A stretch of DNA of 64,000 bases from assembly GCA_020638635.1 (NCBI GenBank), contig JACKIE010000001.1, forward strand, positions 305,906 to 369,905, given 5' to 3'. A program made the translations under genes and the position numbers. Below the pieces are notes generated by a model. The model did not search any database, was not told where the DNA came from, and worked only from the letters and a program-made list of their open reading frames with translations. Positions within the stretch are counted from its first letter, which is position 1, and the number at the start of each line of letters is the position of its first letter. This DNA comes from Planctomycetota bacterium (GTDB taxonomy: Bacteria > Planctomycetota > UBA8742 > UBA2392). Positions 19,229 to 27,371 of the stretch are shown piece after piece.

Positions 19229-19636
19229 CTAGCGTCTGCCCAGGCAAACGCTGTGCACAACCTTGATGCAACTGTTCACGAACACCTCGATGCCGTGGTC
19301 GCGCAGCTTGTCTTCGACTTCGTAACCGCCGGCGTTGAGCTGGAACCAGACCGCCTTCGGTAGCGGGTTCATGGCCAGCACCTGCGCGCACACCTCGTGT
19401 TCGTGCTCTGATGCTCTGAACACGTCCACGATGTCCACGGGCTCGGGTATGGCTTCCAGCACTCGGTAGCAGGTGAGGCCTTCGATTTCGTCATGGCCCG
19501 GGTTGACCGGGATGATCTTGTAGCCAGCGCGCTGCATGTACATGGCAATGGCATGGCTGGTGCGCTGCGGCTTGGGCGACATGCCCAGCACGGCAATGCG
19601 GCGCGCGTCTTGAAGGATTTGGCAGGCGGCATCCAT
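19229..19636 (-). CDS. CoA-binding domain protein (YccU/YneT-like)
   Basis: RRIAVLGMSPKPQRTSHAIAMYMQRAGYKIIPVNP pattern. 135 aa. Confidence 0.75.
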   Translation of the reverse strand: MDAACQILQDARRIAVLGMSPKPQRTSHAIAMYMQRAGYKIIPVNPGHDEIEGLTCYRVLEAIPEPVDIVDVFRASEHEHEVCAQVLAMNPLPKAVWFQLNAGGYEVEDKLRDHGIEVFVNSCIKVVHSVCLGRR

Positions 19637-19729
19637 CGATTTTGGATTTTAGATTTTCGATTTTGGATTGGGCTGGATGGACGGGGCTGCTCCCCCCAAT
19701 CCGAAATCCAAAATCCTAAATCCAAAATC
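19637..19729. repeat. heptamer-array hairpin (GATTTTN)5
   Basis: Arm 19638-19672 is GATTTTG GATTTTA GATTTTC GATTTTG GATTGGG. Its inverted partner is 19695-19729. 31 of 35 positions are complementary. It fills the 95-bp spacer between two same-strand genes. Confidence 0.9.
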
Positions 19730-19731
19730 TC

Positions 19732-20211
19732 CTAGTATCGGTCCCCGCTCTTGCGCACGTGCACCCAGGGCTCGCCTTCCTTTAACATACGGCCGCCGAT
19801 CACTTCGCCGATCACCAGGTTGTGCTCGGTGCTGGGCTCAAGAGTGCGCAGCAGGCGGCACTCGAGGAAGCCCAGCGCGTCGGGCAGGTAGGGCGTACCG
19901 TTGTCGGTGCGCTGGATGTTGGCGCCCTCGAAGGGGTCTTCGCTGATGCCGAATCCCTTGGCGAACTGGCCCATCAGCTTCTTGTCTTCGGTGCCCAGGA
20001 TATTGAGCGCGAAGTGCGCGCCCCGCCCAAGTTGGCGCATGATCGGGCGGTCCTGCTTGATCGCCACGCTGACGGCCGGCGGGCTGAAACCCGCCTGGCA
20101 CACCCAGCTGGCAAGGAATGCCGCGCGCTGGCCGTTGTTCTCGGCCGTCACGATGTAAAGGCCGGTGGGCACGCGTCCCAGCGCCTGGATGTCCGGAGCA
20201 GCTTCGGGCAT
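19732..20211 (-). CDS. flavin reductase-like FMN-binding protein
   Basis: GLYIVTAENNGQRAAFLASWVCQAGFSPPAVSVAI, typical of the split-barrel flavin reductase domain. Confidence 0.75.
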   Translation of the reverse strand: MPEAAPDIQALGRVPTGLYIVTAENNGQRAAFLASWVCQAGFSPPAVSVAIKQDRPIMRQLGRGAHFALNILGTEDKKLMGQFAKGFGISEDPFEGANIQRTDNGTPYLPDALGFLECRLLRTLEPSTEHNLVIGEVIGGRMLKEGEPWVHVRKSGDRY

Positions 20212-20228
20212 GGGAACTCTCGGTCGTC

Positions 20229-20297
20229 GGTTGCCAGTTGTCGGTTGTCAGTCACTGCGGTTTTCAGGCGCCGGCCGACAACTGACAACCGGCAACT
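20229..20297. repeat. heptamer-array hairpin (GTTGNCN)3
   Basis: Arm 20229-20251 (GGTTGCCAGTTGTCGGTTGTCAG) against 20275-20297. 19 of 23 positions are complementary. All 4 mismatches are A/G at the variable heptamer position. Confidence 0.85.
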
Positions 20298-20302
20298 GAG
20301 AA

Positions 20303-21409
20303 CTAAATGTAAACACGCGCGACGCGGCGGCCTAATCCGCACAGGATTTCGTACGGGATGGAATCCGCCCAGCGGGCGACTTCCGCCAGCGTGATTTCTT
20401 CTTCGCCGTCGCGGCCGATCAGCGTTACTTCATCCCCCACGGCGGCGTCCGGCACCAGGCTTACGTCCACGGTTGTGTAGTCCATGCTCACGCGCCCCAC
20501 CACCGGGCAGCGCACTCCGCGCAGCAGCACCTCGGCGCGGTTGCTGAGGCTGGTGCGGTAGCCGTCGTTGTAGCCCACGGGCAGCGTCGCGATGCGCGCC
20601 GGCGCGGGCGTGTAGTAGGTGCGCGAGTAGCCGATCGGCGTTCCCTCGGGGACGTCTTTCAGGAACAGCACGCGGCTCTTGAGCTGCAATGCGGGCTTGA
20701 GCTGCTCCGCGTTGCCGTGCTCGTCGCCGGGCAGCAGCCCCCACAGCGCCACGCCCGTGCGCACCATGTTGAAGTAGGCGTCATCGCGGCCGAACACGGC
20801 CAGTGACGACGAGCTGTGCAGCGTCAGCCCCGTGTAGCCCAGGCGCTCTGCCACCTCCACGGCCAGGTTGAAATGCTCGATCTGGCGGGTGGTAAAGGCC
20901 GGGTTGCGCTCGTAGGGCAGGCTGAAGTGCGTGCACATGCCCACCAGCTCAAGGTTACGCAGCCTGCGCAGGTTGTGCAGGAACGGCACGGCCTCGAAGG
21001 GCTGCATGCCCAGGCGGCCCATGCCGGTGTCCACCTTCAGGTGGACGCGCACGCTGCGCTGCTGTTTGGCGGCCTCGGCGTTGAGTTCTTCGGCCATCTG
21101 CACGGTGTGCAGGTTGACCTCGATCTCGTTGGCCACCACGCGCGGCATTTCGCCGGGGATGATGCCGCCCACGATCAGGATCGGCGTGGTGATGCCCGCG
21201 TCGCGAAGCTCAAGCGCCTCGCCGCTGTCGCCCACGCCAATGGCGTCAACGCCCTCGGCCGCGAGCAGCTTGGCCATCTCGACGGCGCCGTGGCCGTAGG
21301 CGTTTGCCTTGAGCACGGCCATCACGCGGGTGTCGCCCACGCGCTGGCGGATGGCGGCCAGGTTGTGGCGCACGGCGGACTTGTCGATCTCGGCCCAGAC
21401 GCGATGCAT
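20303..21409 (-). CDS. alr: alanine racemase
   Basis: PLP-lysine context VMAVLKANAYGHG. 368 aa, with the C-terminal beta-domain region VGRVSMDYTTVD. Confidence 0.93.
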   Translation of the reverse strand: MHRVWAEIDKSAVRHNLAAIRQRVGDTRVMAVLKANAYGHGAVEMAKLLAAEGVDAIGVGDSGEALELRDAGITTPILIVGGIIPGEMPRVVANEIEVNLHTVQMAEELNAEAAKQQRSVRVHLKVDTGMGRLGMQPFEAVPFLHNLRRLRNLELVGMCTHFSLPYERNPAFTTRQIEHFNLAVEVAERLGYTGLTLHSSSSLAVFGRDDAYFNMVRTGVALWGLLPGDEHGNAEQLKPALQLKSRVLFLKDVPEGTPIGYSRTYYTPAPARIATLPVGYNDGYRTSLSNRAEVLLRGVRCPVVGRVSMDYTTVDVSLVPDAAVGDEVTLIGRDGEEEITLAEVARWADSIPYEILCGLGRRVARVYI

Positions 21410-21412
21410 GGG

Positions 21413-21496
21413 TTCAATTCAAAATTCAAAATGCAAAATTCAAAATCAGCCTGCCGGCGATGGCGGCATTTTGAATTTTGCATTTTTCATTTTGAA
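21413..21496. repeat. heptamer-array hairpin (CAAAATN)4
   Basis: Arm 21413-21446 (TTCAATTCAAAATTCAAAATGCAAAATTCAAAAT) against 21468-21496. 27 of 29 positions are complementary. Confidence 0.9.
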
Positions 21497-21597
21497 CTGG
21501 CCTTGGCCTTGCCTTCGATCTTCTTCCGTTCCTTGGCGTTGCGCAGCTTGCGGCGCTTGGACTTGAGACGGCTCTTCTTGCTGCTGTTGTAACCCAT
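21487..21597 (-). CDS. possible 36-aa highly basic peptide
   Basis: ATG 21597 preceded by AGGAA. MGYNSSKKSRLKSKRRKLRNAKERKKIEGKAKASSK. No family recognised. The last codons lie inside a hairpin arm. Confidence 0.3.
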   Translation of the reverse strand: MGYNSSKKSRLKSKRRKLRNAKERKKIEGKAKASSK

Positions 21598-21605
21598 GTT
21601 GGTTC

Positions 21606-22244
21606 CTATTCCGGTTTCACACTTTCCGCCCACTGGCGTATGGCCGTGCCCGCGGCCTCGGTGTCGGATGTAAGCACGACGCCGACCACGACGTAAGTAC
21701 CCAGCTTGTTCGAGATGGCAAAGACCGGGACCTCGCCGCCCTGCAGCTCGATCCAGCCCAGACTGTCGTTTCCTTCGCCGCTGCCTTCGCCGGCGGCGAC
21801 CTGCTTGCCCAGCTCGGCCGCGGCGGCCTTGGCCGGCTTCTGTTCCTTGCTCACGAAGTAAAGCAGGGCCCCGGCGGCCTGCTTCTCCCATTCGCCCCAG
21901 GCCTCGTCGGGCTCGGTGGGGCCGGGGGCCTTGCTGTTGACGACGCCGCTTACGAACTTCCAGTCCTTGGGGATCGGCTTCACGTGGCGCTCGAGTTCCT
22001 TCTGCACGGGGCTGTTGCCCTTCACCGCGTGCCAGCCGGCGGGCAGCGCCGACTTCACCTTCTTCCACAGGTCGGGGTCTTCCCTGGGGCCTTCCTCCGG
22101 CGTATTGGCAGGGGCCGGCTTGTTGCCGCCGCCGGATCCGCCGCCGGTGTTGCCGCCGGCCGGCGGCGCGACGTTGCCGCCGCCGCAGGCCGTGAGGGCC
22201 AGAGTCATTGCCAGGCAAAGTGCCGTAGCGAAATAGCGTGCCAT
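21606..22244 (-). CDS. lipoprotein, function unknown
   Basis: Lipobox LALTAC in MARYFATALCLAMTLALTACGGGN. Confidence 0.65.
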   Translation of the reverse strand: MARYFATALCLAMTLALTACGGGNVAPPAGGNTGGGSGGGNKPAPANTPEEGPREDPDLWKKVKSALPAGWHAVKGNSPVQKELERHVKPIPKDWKFVSGVVNSKAPGPTEPDEAWGEWEKQAAGALLYFVSKEQKPAKAAAAELGKQVAAGEGSGEGNDSLGWIELQGGEVPVFAISNKLGTYVVVGVVLTSDTEAAGTAIRQWAESVKPE

Positions 22245-22318
22245 GCCGAACCTCCAGTGCGGGGGCCGGCAATCCTAGCCACGAATCCAGAATTCAAAAC
22301 GGGAAAAATCGACGCGAG

Positions 22319-22786
22319 CTAGAACTCGTCTTCGTTCTCTGTCGGCGGTGTGTACTCGCGCGCCGGCTTTGCGGGCTCGGTTGCTGCTTCACGGGGCGCG
22401 CTGCATGGGGCAGCCGGCCCCGTGCATTCAACCGGCCGCTGCTCCAGCATCTCGTGCGTCCAAGGGTCGCGCTGTAGAAGGCGCAGCGCGTTCACGGAGA
22501 TCACGATTGCGATCACCAGGATGAACAGGCCGTTGCCGCGACAACGGACGTGTGTGCACTCGCGCGGGCGCGCTGCGCCGAAGCGCACGGGCACCCAGCG
22601 CCCGTCGCCAGCGGGGCGCGAGGGCAGCCGCGAGTTGTAAAGCCCCTGGCTGGATTCGCCCGGTACTTCCACCACGGACAGACAGTCCGGGCAGCGGATG
22701 CGCTTACCGGCGTAGAACTCGCTGAGTTCGCGCTGCCAGCCGCAGGTGCATTGGGCCCTGGTCCGCATGTCGCAAGTATACCACAT
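22319..22786 (-). CDS. zinc-ribbon membrane protein
   Basis: CTCGW...RCPDC four-Cys ribbon and one TM helix (LFILVIAIVISVNALRLL). The start may be M7 (22768). Confidence 0.5.
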   Translation of the reverse strand: MWYTCDMRTRAQCTCGWQRELSEFYAGKRIRCPDCLSVVEVPGESSQGLYNSRLPSRPAGDGRWVPVRFGAARPRECTHVRCRGNGLFILVIAIVISVNALRLLQRDPWTHEMLEQRPVECTGPAAPCSAPREAATEPAKPAREYTPPTENEDEF

Positions 22787-22809
22787 GCACGGTCGTCGTG
22801 CCCGGCCTC

Positions 22810-22837
22810 TTGTGCCTTGCTGCGGCGGCGCTACAAT
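22810..22837 (+). promoter_or_regulatory. candidate sigma70-type promoter of the MreB-like gene
   Basis: TTGTGC, 16-nt spacer, TACAAT. It lies ~80 nt upstream of ATG 22919. Confidence 0.3.
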
Positions 22838-22918
22838 TCCCGTCTACCCTCTGGAAACCGCTTTACCAAAGCTTTTACAGGCAACCCACGCACCGTGCCC
22901 GCCGACCCCGAAGACAAC

Positions 22919-25009
22919 ATGAACGAGCAGGTGTTCGAGGAAGAGGACGACGAACTCGACCTCTCGGACCTGCGCAATGCGCCGCCGCAACCGGAGACGA
23001 TCCGTGAGCGACTGCAGCGCGCCGCCCAGCGCCGCGCCACCGGCCAGCAGGAGAAGAACTGGCACGACACCCCGGTAAACGTCACGCCCAGCGGTCGCCA
23101 TGAAATCGTGGAAGAGGAGGGGGAGGTTGACGACTCCGACCTGGATGTGGACGAAGTAGTAATCACTCCGAGCGGGCGCCACCAGGTCGTCGATGAAGAC
23201 ATCGACGTCAACATGGACGACCTCGACGAATCGACGCTGGATGCCGCCGCGCACGACAGCTCGTTCCCGGGACCGGCCACGCGCATCGAGGAAGAGCTTG
23301 ACCTGGCGGGCCTGCGTGCGGCGCCGCCCATCACCGCGGGCCCCATGACCATGGCGGCCTTCGACATGGGCAACGCGGATGACGCGCCCGATGACACGGA
23401 CGGCCCCGTGCGCGGCGACACAGAGCGCATCGTGGCCGGCCCGGATCGAACGCCGGCGCGCGAGCAGGCATCCGGTCCGATGACCATGGCCGCCATGGAG
23501 ATGGAGGCTGGTGGCATCGACAACCCGCCGGACGAGGAATCCGTGCCGACAGTAGAGGTACCCGGCGCGTCGGCAGGCGATCTGGACGAGTTGGGTGGTT
23601 CCGGGCCGATGACGATGGCATCGATGGAGATGGAATCTGACATCGCGCAAGGTGATATGTCGCAAGGCGATAAAGTGAACGGCCGCGAGCAATTACCCTC
23701 TGGCGAAACCGTGGATACACTGTTAGATAACAATCCTCAGCAATCCGAGCAGTACGATGGAAACGCGGCGCACGGCGCGGTTTCGCCCGAGGAGGGTGAC
23801 GCGAACGAGCTGGAATTGAACGCGGCCGAAGCCGGCAGCGAGGAAGACCAGTCAGCAGCAGAATCGGAGAACCTCGACCTGGAGGCTGATGCAGGCGGGG
23901 ACGACGATCCAGGCGAAGAAGAACCCGGGGCGGTCTCGGGCGACTCGACACCTGCAGAACCATACGAAGAGTCTCAACAGCCGGAGGTATTCACCGTGGG
24001 TGATGATTCGGGTGCGCCGCTCGGGCGCGGCTTGGACGTGGGTACAGCGAACCTTGTCGCTGCCCGCATGGATGAAGAAGGCGGCATCGAGTTTTTCCCC
24101 GCACGCAACGCGTTCCTTGACGTGCCGGAAGACCCGTACACCTTGAAGATGCTGAAGGGGCAGGGCGTTCCGTACATCAAGCGCGAGAACAAACTCTTCA
24201 TCATCGGTGAGGACGCCTTCGAGCTTGCCAACATCTTCAACCGGGAAATGCGCCGTCCCATGAAGAACGGCCTGATCAGCCCGACCGACGTGGACGCCAT
24301 GCCCATGGAAGTCGAACTGTTCAAGAAGATTCTCGGCCCGCCACGCGCCGACGGCGAAGTGGTGTACTACTCGATCCCGGCCGACCCGGTGGATTCGACG
24401 ATGAACATCGTGTACCACACGAACATCGCCAACGGCCTGCTCGAGCGCCTGGGCTACCGCGGCCACCCCTTCAACGAAGGCCAGGCCATCGTGTTCAGCG
24501 AGCTCGGCGACGACGACTTCACCGGCATCGGCATCTCCTGCGGCGGCGGCATGGTGAACGTGTGCGTGTGCTTCCGCTCGATGCCCGTGGTCAGCTTCTC
24601 GACCGCCAAGGGCGGCGACTGGATCGACCAGCAGGCGGCGCAGGTGATGGGTTGCGCGGCCAGCAAGATCACCGCGGTGAAGGAACGCGGCGTGGACATC
24701 AACGCGCCGAAGACGCCTGAGGAAGAGGCGATCGTGATCTACTACCGCCACCTCATCAAGTACAGCCTCGACAACATCGTCAAGAAGTTCGAGACCACCA
24801 AGGACATCCCGAACTTCCCGAAGCCGGTTCCCATCGCGGTTTCCGGCGGCACCTCAAAGGTCGGCGGCTTCGTGGACGTCTTCAAGGACGAGTTCAGCAA
24901 GATGGCTTCCCGCTTCCCGATCAAGGTCAGCGACATCCGCAAGGCGGAAGACCAGCTGAACGCGACGGCCAAGGGTTGCCTGCTTGCGGCGCTGAGCCAC
25001 GAGGACTAG
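22919..25009 (+). CDS. divergent MreB-like actin-fold ATPase with ~365-aa acidic repeat-containing N-terminal extension
   Basis: The C-terminal ~325 aa carry LDVGTANLV (phosphate-1), RRPMKNGLI (MreB-like), GIGISCGGGMVNV (phosphate-2) and IAVSGGTSKVGGF (adenosine). The ORF upstream of ~22790 is antisense to the zinc-ribbon gene, so ATG 22919 was chosen (GTG 22895 is possible). Confidence 0.75.
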   Translation: MNEQVFEEEDDELDLSDLRNAPPQPETIRERLQRAAQRRATGQQEKNWHDTPVNVTPSGRHEIVEEEGEVDDSDLDVDEVVITPSGRHQVVDEDIDVNMDDLDESTLDAAAHDSSFPGPATRIEEELDLAGLRAAPPITAGPMTMAAFDMGNADDAPDDTDGPVRGDTERIVAGPDRTPAREQASGPMTMAAMEMEAGGIDNPPDEESVPTVEVPGASAGDLDELGGSGPMTMASMEMESDIAQGDMSQGDKVNGREQLPSGETVDTLLDNNPQQSEQYDGNAAHGAVSPEEGDANELELNAAEAGSEEDQSAAESENLDLEADAGGDDDPGEEEPGAVSGDSTPAEPYEESQQPEVFTVGDDSGAPLGRGLDVGTANLVAARMDEEGGIEFFPARNAFLDVPEDPYTLKMLKGQGVPYIKRENKLFIIGEDAFELANIFNREMRRPMKNGLISPTDVDAMPMEVELFKKILGPPRADGEVVYYSIPADPVDSTMNIVYHTNIANGLLERLGYRGHPFNEGQAIVFSELGDDDFTGIGISCGGGMVNVCVCFRSMPVVSFSTAKGGDWIDQQAAQVMGCAASKITAVKERGVDINAPKTPEEEAIVIYYRHLIKYSLDNIVKKFETTKDIPNFPKPVPIAVSGGTSKVGGFVDVFKDEFSKMASRFPIKVSDIRKAEDQLNATAKGCLLAALSHED

Positions 25010-25035
25010 AATTTCCTCAATTGGCAAACCGTGAC

Positions 25036-25069
25036 GCGCGCCCGGTTTCCACCGGGCGCGCTCTTTTTC
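25036..25069 (+). terminator. rho-independent terminator after the MreB-like gene
   Basis: GCGCGCCCGGT-TTCC-ACCGGGCGCGC followed by TCTTTTT. Confidence 0.7.
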
Positions 25070-25091
25070 GGACCACTAACGGTGATGTGGC

Positions 25092-25709
25092 ATGGCTGAC
25101 CTTGCGAAACTGGCAAACCTTTCCAAGCGCCTCAAATCTTCGACACCCAAGGTCAATGAGGATGCTTCGCCTCTCAGCGGCGGCTCTCCCTCCACGGCCG
25201 TGAGCGACGATGACGGAGGCTCCAGCTCCGTCGCGGAAGCGCCGCGCTCGGCGCCGGTCGCTTCTGCGGCGCCAGTGGTTGCGGGCGGCGGCGGGGCCGC
25301 ACCCAAGGTCACCCTCAATGTGGACCTCGGCCCGGTCACCGACATGCTCGGCCGGATCCGCGATGAAATGCGCAACCTGCGAGAGGAAGTCAAGAAGTCC
25401 CGCGAGAAGCCCATGAAGGTGGACTTCGGCGACGGCGCTAACGAACAGATGGACCAGATCCTGAAGCACCTCAGCTCCGTCAGCAAGGCAGGCCGCGAGC
25501 TGACCGAGAAGCTGGTCACCAGCATGCCTGAGTCGCGCTGGTACGGCGACCTGCTGAACCTTGGGCGCGAAGTGGGCGAAGGCATCGTGGCAGGCGGCGG
25601 CGGAGGCGGAGGCGGCGGCAGCGCCGAAGACATCAACTCGATCAAGGAGCAGCTCGAGATGCAGAAGACCCAGCTCACTGCGATCCTCAGCATCCTGCAG
25701 CGGCGCTAG
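25092..25709 (+). CDS. hypothetical protein (disordered N-terminus, helical core, Gly9 run, C-terminal coiled-coil-like helix)
   Basis: 205 aa with coding-like composition. GGGGGGGGGSAEDINSIKEQLEMQKTQLTAILSILQRR. No family recognised. Confidence 0.55.
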   Translation: MADLAKLANLSKRLKSSTPKVNEDASPLSGGSPSTAVSDDDGGSSSVAEAPRSAPVASAAPVVAGGGGAAPKVTLNVDLGPVTDMLGRIRDEMRNLREEVKKSREKPMKVDFGDGANEQMDQILKHLSSVSKAGRELTEKLVTSMPESRWYGDLLNLGREVGEGIVAGGGGGGGGGSAEDINSIKEQLEMQKTQLTAILSILQRR

Positions 25710-25732
25710 CAGTACGGCGTACTGGGTAGATG

Positions 25733-25762
25733 GAACAGAGCCGCGAACACGCGGCTCTGTTC
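25733..25762 (+). terminator. terminator-like perfect hairpin without a U-tract
   Basis: GAACAGAGCCGCG-AACA-CGCGGCTCTGTTC, a 13-bp perfect stem. Confidence 0.5.
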
Positions 25763-25828
25763 ACATCCGCTCAACACGCGCTCCGCAACTGCTGACTCTC
25801 CACCCCGCACTCTGTACCCTGTACCGCC

Positions 25829-26617
25829 ATGATCCACCCCACCGCCATTATCGATCCAGCAGCATCCATCAACGCGACGGCCGAGATCGGCCCCTTCTGC
25901 GTGGTCGGCGCCGGCGTAACGATTGGTCCAGGCAACCGCATCGGCCCACACACCGTGATCGAGGGTCCGACGACCATCGGCGAAGGCAACCGCGTCGGCA
26001 ACCATTGCAGCCTCGGCGCTCCGCCCCAGGATCTCGGCTACAAAGGCGACCCCACGAGGCTGGTGATCGGCAACCGCAACTTCCTGGGCGACTACGTGCA
26101 GGTCAGCCGCGGGACAACCAAGACCGAGCACCAGACCACCAGCATCGGCGACGACAACTTCCTGATGGCCTACTGCCACGTCGGCCACGATTGCGTCGTG
26201 GGCAACCGCGTAATCGCCGCCAACGCGCTGCAACTGGCGGGCCACGTCACGGTGGAGGACCGCGTGGTGTTCGGCGGACTGGTGGCGATCCACCAGTTTG
26301 CCCGGGTGGGCAAGATGGCCATGGTCAGCGGCGGCAGTGTCACCAGCCTGGACATCCCGCCCTTCTGCCGCGTGGGCGGCTACGGCTGTCCGGTTTACGG
26401 CCTGAACGCAGTAGGTCTGGAGCGCAGCGGGCTGGCCCGCGAGCAGATCAAGCGCTTGCGGGAAGCCTACAAGCTCTTGTTCCGCAGCGGCACCTCGCTC
26501 GAAGACGCGCTGACGCGGCTGGAAACCGAGTTCAGCGACAGCGAGCAGGCCCAGCATTGGGTCAAGTTCTTCCGCACAACCAAGCGCGGCGTCGTGAGAG
26601 ACCGCGAGCCGAAGTAA
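25829..26617 (+). CDS. lpxA: acyl-ACP--UDP-N-acetylglucosamine O-acyltransferase
   Basis: MIHPTAIIDPAASI... hexapeptide repeats, then the helical C-terminal domain. 262 aa. Confidence 0.92.
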   Translation: MIHPTAIIDPAASINATAEIGPFCVVGAGVTIGPGNRIGPHTVIEGPTTIGEGNRVGNHCSLGAPPQDLGYKGDPTRLVIGNRNFLGDYVQVSRGTTKTEHQTTSIGDDNFLMAYCHVGHDCVVGNRVIAANALQLAGHVTVEDRVVFGGLVAIHQFARVGKMAMVSGGSVTSLDIPPFCRVGGYGCPVYGLNAVGLERSGLAREQIKRLREAYKLLFRSGTSLEDALTRLETEFSDSEQAQHWVKFFRTTKRGVVRDREPK

Positions 26618-26798
26618 CTCGGCACCGGATGCCACTTGTAAAGGCGACTACTGGCTAACCACGACGGACCACCAAGAACCACGAAGGAGGGCTCTTGTCG
26701 GTCAATGGCTGTATTCTGTGCGGTTGAAATTCAGCCTGGAACCGTGTGGAGCGTCATGCCGCTGCGCCAGTCCAAAATCTAGAATCCCAAATCCCCAA

Positions 26799-27371
26799 TC
26801 ACCCCAATCCCCGCCGGTCCCGCTGCCCGCGTTCATCCGTCCCGATGCCCATCACGGCGTCGGCCTGTTCGCGCGTCATCGCAGGTCGGTATGGCTGCGG
26901 CGGCAACTCGCCCCGGGCCCGCAGCACGAAGTCGCGGGCCCATTGACGTGTAAAGACCCGGCTGTGCTGGTTGTGCTTCAACTCGATCTTCAGCCCCTGC
27001 TGCACGATCCGCGCGCCGCACTCGACCAGGCGCTCCTCGATCAGCTCGATCGCGCGCCCGAAGTTGCGGTAGGCGCGGTCGCAGCCCACGAACGCGGCCG
27101 CCGGGACGCCATCGAGTTTGCGCCGGGGAACCAGCAGTTCAAGCATGCCGCGGTCAAACGGCAGCCAATCGCCGTGGTGCTCGCCGTCGCCCCAGGTGGG
27201 CTCGCCCAGCAGGATCGCCTGCGCCTCCAGCAGGATTGACGCGTCAAGACCGTAGGCGTTGTAGCTGTCCACGCTCGCGCCGGCTGACTCGGCGCCCTCG
27301 GCGGCCAGCTCGGCCGTCTCACGGGTATTGCCGCCCGTGCTGGCGTATACGATCACCAGCTTCAGGCTCAT
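26799..27371 (-). CDS. flavodoxin-like protein with C-terminal extension
   Basis: KLVIVYASTGGNTRETAE FMN-phosphate loop and LLGEPTWGDGE. ATGA overlap with the upstream PAS gene. Confidence 0.75.
   Translation of the reverse strand: MSLKLVIVYASTGGNTRETAELAAEGAESAGASVDSYNAYGLDASILLEAQAILLGEPTWGDGEHHGDWLPFDRGMLELLVPRRKLDGVPAAAFVGCDRAYRNFGRAIELIEERLVECGARIVQQGLKIELKHNQHSRVFTRQWARDFVLRARGELPPQPYRPAMTREQADAVMGIGTDERGQRDRRGLG

Noticed and set aside
19637-21496. Tandem short repeats considered as a CRISPR array or as VNTR-type satellites.
   Set aside because: The units are only 7-9 nt with no spacers. There are 3-5 copies per arm, organised as inverted arms. No cas genes are nearby.
22550-22918. 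Upstream extension of the MreB-like ORF (819-aa version).
   Set aside because: It overlaps the zinc-ribbon gene on the opposite strand, has Arg/Ala-rich non-coding-like composition, and contains a plausible promoter (22810-22837). ATG 22919 was preferred.
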